64,000 bases of DNA from Thermoanaerobaculia bacterium (GTDB lineage Bacteria > Acidobacteriota > Thermoanaerobaculia > Multivoradales > Multivoraceae): positions 3,520,001 to 3,584,000 of the forward strand of contig OY761158.1 in NCBI GenBank assembly GCA_963664405.1, in the 5' to 3' direction. The first letter of the stretch is position 1. Each line of letters starts with the position of its first letter. The notes beneath the pieces were generated by a model that did not search any database, was not told the DNA's origin, and was given only the letters and a program-made list of their open reading frames with translations. Positions 38,678 through 49,327 of the stretch are shown one piece after another. The position numbers and the translations under genes are program-made.

Positions 38678-39319
38678 GTGCGGCTGAAGATCAACGAGAT
38701 CTTCTATTCGATCCAGGGGGAGTCCACGTTCGCCGGGCTGCCATGCGTTCTAGTCCGCCTCACCGGTTGCCAGATGCGGTGCCGATGGTGCGACAGCCCC
38801 TACAGCTTCTACCAGGGTGAGTGGAAGAGTCTCGCTCAGACAGTGGCTGAGATTGCGGACTTCGGGTGCTCCTTGGTCGAGGTCACCGGCGGTGAGCCGT
38901 TACTTCAGCCTGGTGCGCTTCCGCTGCTCGAGACTCTTTGTGATGAAGGTTATGAAGTGCTTCTCGAAACCGGGGGCGGGCTGGACATCTCTCGGGTTGA
39001 CGAGAGGGTTCACCGCATCCTCGATGTGAAGTGTCCTGGGAGTGGCGAGGCGGAAAACAATCACTGGCCGAACCTCGGGGGCTTGCGCGACCGGGACCAG
39101 GTCAAGTTCGTGCTTAGTGGCCGAGCCGACTACGAATGGGCCAGAGACGTGCTGACTCGTCATCGCCTCGAAGGTGTGTGCCCTATTCTGCTGTCGCCGG
39201 TTCACGGTGAGCTCGCGATTGAGGATTTAGCGGCCTGGGTCTTGGAGGATGGGCTCGCGGTTCGCGTCCAGCTGCAGTTGCATAAGGCGATTTGGGGAGC
39301 GGAGGCGACTGGTGTATAG
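38678..39319 (+). CDS. queE: 7-carboxy-7-deazaguanine synthase (radical SAM)
   Basis: EIFYSIQGES, CQMRCRWCD, TGGEPLLQ, DVKCPGSG and QLHK. Confidence 0.88.
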   Translation: MRLKINEIFYSIQGESTFAGLPCVLVRLTGCQMRCRWCDSPYSFYQGEWKSLAQTVAEIADFGCSLVEVTGGEPLLQPGALPLLETLCDEGYEVLLETGGGLDISRVDERVHRILDVKCPGSGEAENNHWPNLGGLRDRDQVKFVLSGRADYEWARDVLTRHRLEGVCPILLSPVHGELAIEDLAAWVLEDGLAVRVQLQLHKAIWGAEATGV

Positions 39320-39353
39320 GACCGAGACGATCGTCAACCGCATCAGGAATTCC

Positions 39354-39382
39354 TTGCGCCGGTGCGAGGCCAACGCTAGAAT
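39354..39382 (+). promoter_or_regulatory. Candidate sigma-70 promoter of gltA
   Basis: TTGCGC-N17-TAGAAT. Confidence 0.5.
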
Positions 39383-39458
39383 TCGGCTCCTCGGCAGGCT
39401 TCCGTGAAAAGGGTCGTGGGCTTGGTGTATCGGACTCCAGAGGAAGGGTGAATATCGA

Positions 39459-40727
39459 ATGAAGACGGCGAAAGTGATCCTCGACGGCAAAGAATACGAG
39501 CTACCAGTGCTCGTCGGGGCCGAAGGCGAGGTGGGGATCGATACTCTTTCTTTGCGCTCCCAGACTGGGGCGATTACCTACGATCCGGGGTTCGGAAGCA
39601 CAGGATCCTGCAAGAGCTCGATCACCTTCATCAATGGCGAAGAGGGCATTCTTCGCTATCGGGGATACCCGATCGAAGAGCTGTGCCAGGGGGCCCGCTT
39701 CACCGAAGTCGCTTATCTCTTGATCAACGGCGAGCTGCCGGACAAAGACCAGCTGCACCGATTCCGTCACGACTTGAATCACCACAGCCTTCTTCATGAG
39801 GACATGAAGAAGTTCCTCGACGGATTCACCGCGACTTCGCATCCGATGGTCATCCTCGCCTCCATGGTTGCGGCGCTGTCCACCTACTACAGTGACGATC
39901 CGGAGGAGACCGATCTCAACATCATTCGATTGCTGTCGAAGGCCAAGACGATAGCCGCCTTCTCCTACAAAAAGTCGATCGGGCATCCCTTCATCTATCC
40001 GCAAAACGCCCTCAGCTACACAGAGCAGTTCTTGCACATGATGTTCGCCGTGCCCGCCGAGCCTTACGAGTTCTCTCCCACGGTCGATCGTGCGCTCAAC
40101 CTTCTGCTGATCTTGCACGCCGACCACGAGCAAAATTGCAGTACCTCCACCGTGAGGATGGTGGGCTCGAGTCAGGCCAACATGTTCGCTTCGATCGCCG
40201 CGGCGATCTTCGCCCTCTGGGGCCCGCTCCATGGCGGTGCCAACCAACAGGTGATCGAGATGTTGGCGACCATCCGCGACGACGGCGGCGACTACAAGAA
40301 GTTCGTGAATCTCGCCAAAGACAAGGACTCGAACTTCCGTCTGATGGGCTTCGGCCATCGCGTCTACAAGAACTTCGACCCGCGGGCGAGAATCGTCAAA
40401 GGCGCTGCGGACGCAGTGCTCGACGAGCTCGGAGTCGACGACCCGCTGCTCGACATAGCCAGAAACCTCGAAGAGGTAGCACTCAGCGACTCCTACTTCG
40501 TCGAGAGAAAGCTCTATCCCAACGTCGACTTCTACAGCGGCATCCTCTACCGAGCGATGGGCATCCCCACCGACATGTTCACCGTCATGTTCGCCCTCGG
40601 CCGCCTCCCCGGCTGGATCGCCCACTGGAAAGAGATGAAGGGCGATCCCGACAGCCGCATCAACCGCCCCCGCCAGATCTACACCGGCCCAGAGCAGCGC
40701 AGCTTCGTTCCTCTGGATCAGCGGTAG
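39459..40727 (+). CDS. gltA: Citrate synthase (type II)
   Basis: LHADHEQNCST, GPLHGGAN, GFGHRVYKNFDPRA, YPNVDFYSG and RPRQIY. Confidence 0.98.
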   Translation: MKTAKVILDGKEYELPVLVGAEGEVGIDTLSLRSQTGAITYDPGFGSTGSCKSSITFINGEEGILRYRGYPIEELCQGARFTEVAYLLINGELPDKDQLHRFRHDLNHHSLLHEDMKKFLDGFTATSHPMVILASMVAALSTYYSDDPEETDLNIIRLLSKAKTIAAFSYKKSIGHPFIYPQNALSYTEQFLHMMFAVPAEPYEFSPTVDRALNLLLILHADHEQNCSTSTVRMVGSSQANMFASIAAAIFALWGPLHGGANQQVIEMLATIRDDGGDYKKFVNLAKDKDSNFRLMGFGHRVYKNFDPRARIVKGAADAVLDELGVDDPLLDIARNLEEVALSDSYFVERKLYPNVDFYSGILYRAMGIPTDMFTVMFALGRLPGWIAHWKEMKGDPDSRINRPRQIYTGPEQRSFVPLDQR

Positions 40728-40938
40728 TCTCTCCGGCGGGTCCTCTCCGCTGGGGCGCTCCTGCGAGGCGCTTTCGCGAGGGCGCCGGAGGCAGACGGGG
40801 GCTCCACCGAGGGACCGGCCGCCGTTCCCCTTCCGCAGCACCCCGCCCCCCCCGGCCCCCCGCGTGACAGAGTTGCGCCTTCGGAGGCCCCAGCTACGAC
40901 CCCCTCCGCTCGCGGCCTCGCTCCAGAGCCTCGCGGCG

Positions 40939-41313
40939 TTACATGTGGAATCGCTTGAGGGAGTGGTGGAGTCGGTCTCGGAAGCGTTCGAAGCGCTGCC
41001 AGGCTGCCGGCCAGGGGCGGAAGATTCTCTGCATCCAGCGGTGGATGGTCTCGCTGGTTAGCGAGAGGACGGCGGCGCCGAGGACCAGGGTGAGGATGCC
41101 TTGGAGGCCGGGGAGGGCCAATCCGAGGAGGCCGACCAATAAGAGGAGCCAGCCGGCGAAGTAGAGAAGGATGCGCACCGATACCGGTAGAGCTGGCCGC
41201 CCCCCTGCCGATGGCTGAGGTTCGGGTGCCGAGAGGGCCGATGGCTCTTCTGGGCAGGTTTCTGGGGAGGGTTCGGTATCGGTGGTCGGCATGATGGTCA
41301 GGTTGGCTGTCAT
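40939..41313 (-). CDS. Small membrane protein (PGPGW-like)
   Basis: Hydrophobic hairpin GWLLLLVGLLGLALPGLQGILTLVLG followed by a basic amphipathic tail. Confidence 0.55.
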   Translation of the reverse strand: MTANLTIMPTTDTEPSPETCPEEPSALSAPEPQPSAGGRPALPVSVRILLYFAGWLLLLVGLLGLALPGLQGILTLVLGAAVLSLTSETIHRWMQRIFRPWPAAWQRFERFRDRLHHSLKRFHM

Positions 41314-41410
41314 CGTCTGACGGCCCGCACGGTACAGAATATCAACATGGGAGCACTGAGTCGGCTGTTGACACCCGCCTTTTGGTGGAGAAGGATGAGG
41401 AGGCTGGGAG

Positions 41411-41872
41411 ATGATGATCTTGTCAGCCACTCCCGAAAAAGAACGTTTCATCCGCTTCATCCGTCGGCGCGGCCTCCGTCTGACCCCGGAGCGCCTTGCT
41501 TTCTTCGATGAGATCTACTCTCAGCACGGTCACATCGATGCCGACGAGCTGCTGCGCCGGATGAAGGCGAGGGGGCTCAAGACTTCACGAGCGACGGTCT
41601 ATCGCAGCCTCGACCTGCTCGTGGACTGCGGTCTGGTTCGAAAGCATCGCCTGCCCTCCGGTGGACGGGTCTATGAGCACGAGCATGTCGGTCAGCGACA
41701 CGACCATCTTGTGTGTCGGGTGTGCGGTCGTGTGGTCGAATTCGTCAGCCCTGGGATCGCCGCCATGCAGGCGGAGATTTGTCGTGCACACGACTTCGAG
41801 CCGGATCTGCACAGCCTGCAGATCGTCGGTATGTGCACTCCATGCGCGCAAAAGGGCCAGCGAGTTGTGTGA
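41411..41872 (+). CDS. Fur family transcriptional regulator
   Basis: GLRLTPER, HIDADEL, SRATVYRSL, HDHLVCRVCG and CTPC. Confidence 0.92.
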   Translation: MMILSATPEKERFIRFIRRRGLRLTPERLAFFDEIYSQHGHIDADELLRRMKARGLKTSRATVYRSLDLLVDCGLVRKHRLPSGGRVYEHEHVGQRHDHLVCRVCGRVVEFVSPGIAAMQAEICRAHDFEPDLHSLQIVGMCTPCAQKGQRVV

Positions 41873-41892
41873 CGAACTACTGGTACAGGACA

Positions 41893-42699
41893 CTAGATCA
41901 GCGCTCCGGGTAGAAGTCTTCCTTCTGCCACCAATCGTGCATCGCCGATGAGCTCCCATTCGAGAACCCGGCCGCCCTCACTCCGACCCTCGACCCTCAT
42001 CGTGAAGCCACCCCGCGTTTCGACGGCTGTCGGAAGCTCTGTGCGCTCCGCCTCCAGTCCAGCTGCGACGACCGCCAGGACTCCAGTGCCGCAGGCGAGC
42101 GTTTCTCCTTCGATACCGCGCTCGAAACTGCGCACCGCGACTCGGCTCCCCGCCGTGAACGAGACGAAGTCGACGTTGGCTCCTTCACTGCCGAGCGTTG
42201 GGTGGCTTCGCAGCTGAGGCCCCAAGCGCTCTACAGGTAGCTGCGCCAAGTCCTCGCCGTGGCAAGTGACGAAGTGTGGCGTGCCCACCCTCACCAGCCA
42301 GCCGGCAAAGCTGCCTTCGTCGGTAGCCAAGGTGCAAGCGCGGGCTGCACTCGGGAGCGGCGCTTCGACCCCCACGGTGGTGCCATCGACCTGGCGAGCA
42401 CGAAGTGGACCCGCACCGGTATTTAGGGTCAGCGTCTCCTCGGCCCAACCGAGGTGAAATGAGAGACGTGCCGCGCATCGAGTGCCGTTGATGCAGAGGT
42501 CGGCTTCGCCCCCGTCCGAGTTCCAATACCGCATCTCTATTCCGTTCGCTCGACGATGGAGGGCAAAGAGGCCGTCGGCACCGATCGACAGCCCCCTGCG
42601 GCACCACTGGCGGATGGTGTCGGCGGAGGGCTCGGCGTCGGGCTCTGCCAAGGCGATGAAATCGTTGCCGCCGCCCGAGAGCTTGAAGTAGGGGGTCAT
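41893..42699 (-). CDS. dapF: Diaminopimelate epimerase
   Basis: GGGNDF, NSDGGEADLCINGTRC, GTPH, GANVDF and ERGIEGETLACGTG. Confidence 0.93.
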   Translation of the reverse strand: MTPYFKLSGGGNDFIALAEPDAEPSADTIRQWCRRGLSIGADGLFALHRRANGIEMRYWNSDGGEADLCINGTRCAARLSFHLGWAEETLTLNTGAGPLRARQVDGTTVGVEAPLPSAARACTLATDEGSFAGWLVRVGTPHFVTCHGEDLAQLPVERLGPQLRSHPTLGSEGANVDFVSFTAGSRVAVRSFERGIEGETLACGTGVLAVVAAGLEAERTELPTAVETRGGFTMRVEGRSEGGRVLEWELIGDARLVAEGRLLPGALI

Positions 42700-43757
42700 C
42701 GCGAGACCGCGGTGACTTCTTCGCTGGGCGGACTCTCGTTTCCGTTGTGGTCGATCGCGGTGACGCTATAGAGATAGCTCACGCCGCGCTCGCCACCTTC
42801 ATCGACGGTCTCCGTGGAGCTGGCCGCGTCTTCGGCGAGTCGAGCTGCCCCACTTTGCTCGGTCCGTCGATATACGAAGTAGCCTTCCAGGTCCTCAGCT
42901 TCTACGCGATTCCATAGGAGCCGGATACGGCCCTGCTCCGGAAGGGCCGCCAATCCGGTAGGCGTCTCGGGAGGAAAGCCATCCGCATAGTCGATCGCTA
43001 CTTCCTCGGTGCTCGTACTCTCGATCATCGGCTGTCTGGAAGATACCGAGGTCACGACATAGGTGTGGAGCTGGCCGAAGTCCGCCGTGGAGTCCAGATA
43101 GCTCTCGGCTTCAGCGTTGCCGAGAGGCTGAGTAGAAAAGAGCCCTCCAGCTCCCCGTCGGTAGATGTTGAAGCCCTCCAGCTCGGCTGCCGGAGCCGTC
43201 CACCGAAGTACGACGCCGTCGGCGGTGGCCTCGATCGTCACCGATGTCGGTGGCTGCGGCGGCTGCTCAGGGAGGATGGCGGCGAGATTGGAGGGAGGGC
43301 TCGCGTGTCCACGGGGACCGAAGGTTCGCGCAGCCAGACCGGATACAGACCGCTCCTCGCTCGAAAAAGCCGGCACGCGCACTACGATGCTGCCCCCCGC
43401 CGTCTGCGCCGCGACCTCGTCTCGCTCCCATCGGCCGACGACTCGAGCAGCTTGATCGAAGATCTGCCCGGTTATGGTGGGCGGCTCGTCTTCTTGACCC
43501 TCGGGGATGGGCATATCGAATCTGAGCATCTCGAGTGCTTCTATTCCTTGTAAAGCGAGCCCCCCCATCGTGGTGGTGGGGTAACTCATTCGTAAGACCA
43601 GCTCGTCGCCCCGCTGTTGAACGACGAGGTCGCTGATCTGAGCCGGAATGAGCTTGGGCGGTGGGTGAGGCGTGCCTTTCTTACCGCAGCCGGCGGACAG
43701 GGACAACACCATCCCGGCCGCGGCCACCAAAGCCAACTGACGGCGCTCAAAGGACAT
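42696..43757 (-). CDS. Lipoprotein with fibronectin type III domains
   Basis: Lipobox [11 protein letters not shown] and two FN3-like repeats (LRWTAP..GFNIYR; LLWN..GYFVYR..YSVTAID..NES). Confidence 0.8.
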   Translation of the reverse strand: MSFERRQLALVAAAGMVLSLSAGCGKKGTPHPPPKLIPAQISDLVVQQRGDELVLRMSYPTTTMGGLALQGIEALEMLRFDMPIPEGQEDEPPTITGQIFDQAARVVGRWERDEVAAQTAGGSIVVRVPAFSSEERSVSGLAARTFGPRGHASPPSNLAAILPEQPPQPPTSVTIEATADGVVLRWTAPAAELEGFNIYRRGAGGLFSTQPLGNAEAESYLDSTADFGQLHTYVVTSVSSRQPMIESTSTEEVAIDYADGFPPETPTGLAALPEQGRIRLLWNRVEAEDLEGYFVYRRTEQSGAARLAEDAASSTETVDEGGERGVSYLYSVTAIDHNGNESPPSEEVTAVSR

Positions 43758-45132
43758 ATCGGCTCAGGTCGTGGTCTTCCACAATCTCCTCCAGGGCTTT
43801 GCGCACGTAGGTCGCATCGATCTTCAAATGCACTCCGTTCATTTCAGGTGCCTCGAAGGACACGTCCTCGAGCACTCGCTCGGTGATCGTCGCCAGACGT
43901 CTGGCGCCGATGTTCTCGGTGCGCGTGTTTATCTCGACCGCCATCCTGGCGAGCTCAGCGACGGCATCATCGGTGAACTCGATGCTCAGTCCCTCGGTGG
44001 ACAGAAGCTCGCGGTACTGGCGGGTGAGCGACGACTCAGGCTCGGTGAGGATGCGAACGAAGTCCTCCTCGGTCAGAGACGAGAGCTCGACTCGAATCGG
44101 GAAGCGCCCTTGTAGCTCGGGGATCATGTCCGAAGGCTTGTTGACGTGGAAGGCGCCGGCGCCGATGAAGAGGATGTGGTCGGTGCGAACCAAGCCGTGC
44201 TTGGTCGACACGGTCGTGCCTTCGACGATAGGAAGAAGATCCCTTTGCACCCCCTCGCGAGACACGTCGGGTCCGTGCCCCCCTTCCCTACCCGCGATCT
44301 TGTCGACCTCGTCGAGAAAGATGATCCCCGCCTGCTCGACGCGTTGGCGCGCCTCCTGGGAGACCTGATGACGGTCGATGAGCTTCTCGGCTTCCTGCTG
44401 CTGCAGGATCTCTCGAGCTTCGCGCACCGGCATCTTTTGCTCGCGCTTCTTGTTGAAGAGTCCTGGCATCAGGTCTTTTAGATTGATGCCGACTTCCTCG
44501 ACTCCTTGGGGGGTGAACATCTCGAAGCTCCGCGCCGAGCCGTCCTCGACCTGTACATCAACGAGTCGCTCGTCGAGCTTTCCTGAGCGAAGTCGATCGC
44601 GGAACTTCTCACGAGTTGCTTGGAGGGCGTCCGGCTGCGCCTCAGCGGTCTGGCTGAAGCCGGAGGGGTCGGTCGTTTGAGCGGTGGGCACTAGGAGGTG
44701 GAGAAGGCGCTCCTCGGCTCGAGCCGTCGCCTCCTCTTGAACGCTCTCGCGCATCTCCGATTTGACCATGTTGATTCCGAGCTCGGTCAAATCGCGGATC
44801 ATCGACTCGACGTCTCGTCCGACATAGCCGACTTCGGTGAACTTGGTCGCCTCCACTTTGAGGAAGGGCGCCTTCACCAGCTTCGCCAGGCGACGCGCGA
44901 TCTCGGTCTTGCCGACGCCGGTGGGACCGATCATGAGGATGTTCTTTGGCACGATCTCTTCCGCGATTTCAGCAGGCAGCTGCTGGCGTCGCCAGCGATT
45001 CCGCAGCGCGATGGCGACGGCCTTCTTGGCGTCCTTCTGACCGACCACGTGCTTGTCCAGCTCACGCGTGATCTGTTTCGGAGTCAGATCGTCGGCCGAG
45101 CTCGCTGGGGCGAACAGACTTGGCAGCTTCAT
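43747..45132 (-). CDS. hslU: ATP-dependent protease ATPase subunit
   Basis: [43 protein letters not shown] and C-terminal DLSRYVL. ATG overlaps the hslV stop. Confidence 0.97.
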   Translation of the reverse strand: MKLPSLFAPASSADDLTPKQITRELDKHVVGQKDAKKAVAIALRNRWRRQQLPAEIAEEIVPKNILMIGPTGVGKTEIARRLAKLVKAPFLKVEATKFTEVGYVGRDVESMIRDLTELGINMVKSEMRESVQEEATARAEERLLHLLVPTAQTTDPSGFSQTAEAQPDALQATREKFRDRLRSGKLDERLVDVQVEDGSARSFEMFTPQGVEEVGINLKDLMPGLFNKKREQKMPVREAREILQQQEAEKLIDRHQVSQEARQRVEQAGIIFLDEVDKIAGREGGHGPDVSREGVQRDLLPIVEGTTVSTKHGLVRTDHILFIGAGAFHVNKPSDMIPELQGRFPIRVELSSLTEEDFVRILTEPESSLTRQYRELLSTEGLSIEFTDDAVAELARMAVEINTRTENIGARRLATITERVLEDVSFEAPEMNGVHLKIDATYVRKALEEIVEDHDLSRYVL

Positions 45133-45677
45133 TAGCCGAGCTCCTCGATAGTGATCTTGTCGTTGGTGAAGATGCAGAGCTCTGCAGTGATTCTCATCGA
45201 TTCCTCGGCGATCTGCTTTGCTTCGAGCGGAGTGTGGCCGAGGAGTGCCCTCGACGCGGCAAGAGCGTAGTTCGCCCCGGATCCGATTGCCAGCAAGCCG
45301 TCCTCGTCTGGCTCCAGAAGGTCGCCATTGCCCATTACGAGAAAGCTCCGGGTCTTGTTCGCGACGATCATCTGGGCTTCGAGCTGGCGCAGTGCCCTGT
45401 CGGTCCGCCAGTCCATGGCCAACTCGACAACCGCTCGCTCGAAATTGCCTTGATACTCCTCGAGCTTCTTCTCGAAGCGAGAGAACAGAGCCAGAGCGTC
45501 GGCTCCCCCGCCGGCGAAGCCGACAAGCACGCGACCTTTGTCGGCCCGCTTCACCTTGTTGGCAGTGGCCTTGAAGATGGTGTGGCTCTGAGAGTTGGTC
45601 ACCTGACCATCCGCGGCCATCACCGTCTTGCCGTCGCGGCGCACCAGCAGGATCGTGGTGCTCAAAAAGCGGCTCAT
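45132..45677 (-). CDS. hslV: ATP-dependent protease peptidase subunit
   Basis: [31 protein letters not shown] and CIFTN. Confidence 0.96.
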   Translation of the reverse strand: MSRFLSTTILLVRRDGKTVMAADGQVTNSQSHTIFKATANKVKRADKGRVLVGFAGGGADALALFSRFEKKLEEYQGNFERAVVELAMDWRTDRALRQLEAQMIVANKTRSFLVMGNGDLLEPDEDGLLAIGSGANYALAASRALLGHTPLEAKQIAEESMRITAELCIFTNDKITIEELG

Positions 45678-46609
45678 GAACGAATCTCCTTCTGCAATTG
45701 CGCTCGGGGGTGCGAGGAGCGATAAACCTCGAGTAGTCGATCGAGCTCGAGATGAGTGTACTTCTGTGTGGTGCCGAGAGAGCTGTGCCCCAGGAGCTCT
45801 TGGATCGTACGCAGGTCCGCACCTTGTTCGAGGAGGTGGGTGGCAAAAGAGTGGCGCAGAGTGTGTGGGTGGATTCTGCCGCTCAGTGCGGCCTTCTGCA
45901 CGTAGGTGTCGATGCGCCGACGCACCGAGCGATCACTGAGTCGCGCACCACTGCGGTTGAGGAAGATGGGCTCTTCGTTTCCGGGATTCGGGCATTTGCC
46001 GCGCACCTGCTGCCAGACGTCGAGCCAGTTTGAGAGGGCCGCTCGAGCCGGCTTGCCGAAGGGGACCATGCGCTCTTTGCCTCCCTTTCCCAGGACCCGG
46101 AGCACGCGGCCGGCGAGGTCAAGATCTCTCCAATCCAGCGATACCAGCTCTCCTACTCGGAGCCCGCTAGCGTAGAGTAGCTCGAGGATGGCGCGGTCCC
46201 GGAGTCGTAGTGGGCTGTCTCCTTCGGGGGCCTCGAGTAGAAGCTCGATCTCGCGTGGGCGAAGATGTCGAGGCAGAGTCGCGGCGGCTTTCGGTGTCGC
46301 GACCCCCAGCGCCGGGTTGACTCGGACCAGCTCTTCACGTGCTGCCCAGCGGAAGAACGCTCTCACAGCGGAGAGTGCGCGCCCCTGAGCGCGGCGAGAG
46401 AGGCCGCGCTGCGAGAGATGAGCGATGAAGGCGCGGATACAGATCGAGTCGAGCTCTGTGGGCTCGAGGCTCGACCTCTCGCGCTCGAGATAGGTGCTGG
46501 CGAAGTCCAGGAATCTCTCCAGGTCGGAGCCGTACCCCTTCACCGTATGCGGCGAAAGACTCCGCTCGTAGCGGAGATAGTCGTGGAAGGATGCGAGTGC
46601 CCTCTGCAC
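45674..46609 (-). CDS. xerC: Tyrosine recombinase XerC
   Basis: [46 protein letters not shown] and TTQKY. Typical trmFO-xerC-hslVU context. Confidence 0.9.
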   Translation of the reverse strand: MQRALASFHDYLRYERSLSPHTVKGYGSDLERFLDFASTYLERERSSLEPTELDSICIRAFIAHLSQRGLSRRAQGRALSAVRAFFRWAAREELVRVNPALGVATPKAAATLPRHLRPREIELLLEAPEGDSPLRLRDRAILELLYASGLRVGELVSLDWRDLDLAGRVLRVLGKGGKERMVPFGKPARAALSNWLDVWQQVRGKCPNPGNEEPIFLNRSGARLSDRSVRRRIDTYVQKAALSGRIHPHTLRHSFATHLLEQGADLRTIQELLGHSSLGTTQKYTHLELDRLLEVYRSSHPRAQLQKEIRS

Positions 46610-46611
46610 GC

Positions 46612-47964
46612 TTAGGTGTCCAACGCCGGAACTGAGGCGACTTCGGCCGTGGGAGTGGTTGCGGTACCCGAGGACGAGGCCCAGTCGAGGAGCGCTTCAC
46701 GTGCGCGGGCCGCGTAGGCGGCCCTCCGATCTCGCTTCGGGACTCGTCTCTCGAGAGGTGGAAAGAGACCGAAGTTGATGTTCGCGGGTTGGAAGCGACG
46801 AGAGGGTGTCTCGGTGATGTGGCGTGCCATGGCACCGAGCGCGGTCGAAGTCGGGAAGGGTAGATGGTCCTGCCCGTAACGCTGGTGGCTGATGTATAGG
46901 CCGACCGCGAGCCCGGTCGCTGCTGACTCGAGGTAGCCCTCGACTCCGGTGATCTGTCCGGCGAGGCGCAGGCTCGGCCTCAGTTTTAGCCGATAGGCCG
47001 GATCGAGGTGGAGAGGAGAGTTGATGAAGGTGTTGCGATGCACTTGGCCTAAGCGCACGAAGACAGCCTCTTCCAAACCGGGGATCTGGCGGAGGATTCG
47101 GCGTTGCTCGGGCCAGGTCAGACGCGACTGAAAGCCCACCAGGCTGTATTGACTGCGGGCTAGGTTCTCTTGGCGCAACTGGACCACCGCGTAGGGGCGT
47201 TCGCCGGCCGGCGTACGCAGGCCAACCGGTTTCATCGGGCCGAAGCGAAGCGTATCTTCGCCGCGTCGGGCCATCTCTTCCAGAGGTAGACAGCCCTCGA
47301 AGAAGAGAGTGCGCTCGAAGTCGCGAAGCGAGACCACCTCAGCCTTGACCAGTTCTTCGATGAAGCTTCGGTATTGGGTACGGTCCATCGCAGCATTCAG
47401 GTAGTCGTCCCCGCCTCCCTTGTCGTAGCGCGAAGCCGCAAAGAGCTGGCTCATGTCGAGGCTGTCGGCCTCGACCACTGGCGAGATGGCGTCGTAGAAA
47501 TAGAGATGCTCACTCCCCAAGAGCTTGGCCAGGCCTGCGGAGAGCTGCGGCGAGGTCAGGGGGCCGGTTGCGAGAACAGCGTCTCCTTCCGGAAGATCGG
47601 TCACCTCATCCCTGCGCAGCTCGATCGAGGGATGTGATTCCACAGTTTCGGTCACGATGCCTGCGAAGAGCTCGCGATCCACGGCCAAGGCACTGCCCGC
47701 GGGGACGGCGCTTCGGCGCGCAGCGCCGACAATAAGCGAGTCGAAGAGCTCCATTTCTCTCTTCAAGAGACCCGCCGCGTGACAGGGGTCGTCGCTGCGT
47801 AGCGAGTTCGAGCACACCAGCTCGGCGAGCTGGCCGGTTTGATGAGCCGGCGTCGAGGACACCGGACGCATCTCCGAGAGGACGACAGGCACACCGCGCG
47901 TGGCGAGCTGATAAGCGCACTCGCTGCCGGCGAGGCCGCCGCCGATGACGTGAACGGGCTGCAC
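46612..47964 (-). CDS. trmFO: Folate/FAD-dependent tRNA m5U54 methyltransferase
   Basis: IGGGLAGSE, AELVCSNS, ALAVDR, FYDAISP, FGPMKPVGL, HRNTF and GQITGVEGY. Confidence 0.96.
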   Translation of the reverse strand: MQPVHVIGGGLAGSECAYQLATRGVPVVLSEMRPVSSTPAHQTGQLAELVCSNSLRSDDPCHAAGLLKREMELFDSLIVGAARRSAVPAGSALAVDRELFAGIVTETVESHPSIELRRDEVTDLPEGDAVLATGPLTSPQLSAGLAKLLGSEHLYFYDAISPVVEADSLDMSQLFAASRYDKGGGDDYLNAAMDRTQYRSFIEELVKAEVVSLRDFERTLFFEGCLPLEEMARRGEDTLRFGPMKPVGLRTPAGERPYAVVQLRQENLARSQYSLVGFQSRLTWPEQRRILRQIPGLEEAVFVRLGQVHRNTFINSPLHLDPAYRLKLRPSLRLAGQITGVEGYLESAATGLAVGLYISHQRYGQDHLPFPTSTALGAMARHITETPSRRFQPANINFGLFPPLERRVPKRDRRAAYAARAREALLDWASSSGTATTPTAEVASVPALDT

Positions 47965-47971
47965 AGGAGCG

Positions 47972-47977
47972 ATTATA
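47972..47977 (-). promoter_or_regulatory. -10 element of a probable leaderless trmFO transcript
   Basis: TATAAT-N7-GTG with no SD sequence. Confidence 0.55.
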
Positions 47978-48075
47978 GGACCGCTTTCGGAGGTCTGTTC
48001 TCGGAAACGATGAGGCTTGCCGCCGCGGCAACTCCAGGCGGCCCAAACATGGGTCCAGCTAAAGCTCAGGCAGGT

Positions 48076-49206
48076 TCATATGCGGGTGACTATCTTCGTA
48101 TATCGAGGTCCTGGATGTCGACGCACCCGAGAGTCGATCTCGAGCTCGAGGAGAGAGGCTAGGACCTCGTGAACCGGCACTCCCGCGAGCTGCGCCAATG
48201 GGTCGGCGGCGATGGGATCGCTAGGATCCATCAGCTCGAGGAGTCGGGCGCTGCGCTCACCAAGCTGGTCCAGATTGTTCTTCGACTCATCGACGAATCT
48301 GAGTGCGTCTTTCACCCTCTGTGGAAGCGACTCGAGCAGGTGCTCTGGACACAGAGCGGGATAGGCGCCATCCCAGATCAGTGCGTTGGCGCCTCCGGAT
48401 CTCTCATCGAAGATCCGGCCGGGAACGGCCCAGACGTCCCGGCCGAGCTCGAGGGCGAGGCGGGCGGTGATCAGAGAGCCGGATCGAAGTGCGGCCTGGA
48501 CCACGATCGTGACGACACCGAGGGCGGCGATGATGCGGTTGCGCACTGGAAAGTTCTGAGGCAGTGGCTGGGCTCCCAATGGCAGCTCGCTGAGGATCGC
48601 GCCTTGCTCGGCGATCTGCTCGCGAAGCTTCCGTGAGCCGCGAGGGTAGTCGACATCGATGCCACACCCCAGTACGGCAACAGTTCGTCCATCGGAGCTG
48701 GAGATGGCGGATCTGTGAGCCGCGGTATCGACGCCGCGCGCCAGACCCGAGACAATGCCGAGACCTGCTTGGGCCAGCCTCGAGGCGAAGAGCGCGGCGG
48801 CTTCGATGCCGTAGGCGTCGGCTCTCCGCGATCCGACGATCGCGACAGCGGGCCTCGCTGGCATGCGACCGCGACAGTAAATAACCGGAGGAGGCAAGGA
48901 AAGGTCGCCCAGCTGGGGGGGATAGATTGGGTCCCCTGAGACCCATACCTGGCAGTCTGCCGATCTCGCCTGCTCGAGCTCGAATGCACTGACGGCAGCC
49001 GCGCGTGGGAGAACCTCGAACGCGCGTTGCAGTTGCTCCGGGGGGACCCCGAGCTCGCTCGCGAGACTCGCCGAGGGAAGAGCGCGGCCGTTCGCCCAGC
49101 TCTCGAGGTTGAGGGCGAGACTGCACACGCTGTCCCTACTCAGCTCGAGACAGCGGTTGATGGCGATCTTGATATCGCGTTCTCTCTCAGTCGATAAGAT
49201 GCTCAT
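48076..49206 (-). CDS. dprA: DNA-processing protein DprA
   Basis: AIVGSR, IVSGLARGVDTAAH, FPVRNRIIA, SGSLITA, GRDVWAVPG and a C-terminal winged helix. Confidence 0.93.
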   Translation of the reverse strand: MSILSTERERDIKIAINRCLELSRDSVCSLALNLESWANGRALPSASLASELGVPPEQLQRAFEVLPRAAAVSAFELEQARSADCQVWVSGDPIYPPQLGDLSLPPPVIYCRGRMPARPAVAIVGSRRADAYGIEAAALFASRLAQAGLGIVSGLARGVDTAAHRSAISSSDGRTVAVLGCGIDVDYPRGSRKLREQIAEQGAILSELPLGAQPLPQNFPVRNRIIAALGVVTIVVQAALRSGSLITARLALELGRDVWAVPGRIFDERSGGANALIWDGAYPALCPEHLLESLPQRVKDALRFVDESKNNLDQLGERSARLLELMDPSDPIAADPLAQLAGVPVHEVLASLLELEIDSRVRRHPGPRYTKIVTRI

Positions 49207-49327
49207 AGAAGACGCAGCTGGCGCCAAAGACCTTGCAGATCCTCGGCCCGGAACCAATCTGAAGAGGCGGGTGCTGATGTATACTGACTAGACGGCCTGG
49301 CGAAGGCAGTCCGGGAAAGCTCTTCTA

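Noticed and set aside
38678-39319. queE as part of a 7-deazaguanine DNA-modification (dpd) island
   Set aside because: No dpdA, queC or folE neighbours. It sits between acnA and gltA, consistent with ordinary queuosine biosynthesis.
39501-40841. 446-aa antisense ORF over gltA; similar long ORFs at 30396-31544 and 33500-34846
   Set aside because: These are shadow ORFs expected opposite high-GC, codon-biased genes. They show no recognisable motifs.
45133-45846. Apparent 237-aa N-terminal extension of HslU (699-aa ORF)
   Set aside because: It overlaps hslV and xerC in another frame. The real start is the ATG at 45132, coupled to the hslV stop.
45674-46609. Tyrosine recombinase as a possible integrase of a mobile element
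   Set aside because: Its size and trmFO-xerC-hslVU context mark it as housekeeping XerC. No att sites or cargo are visible.
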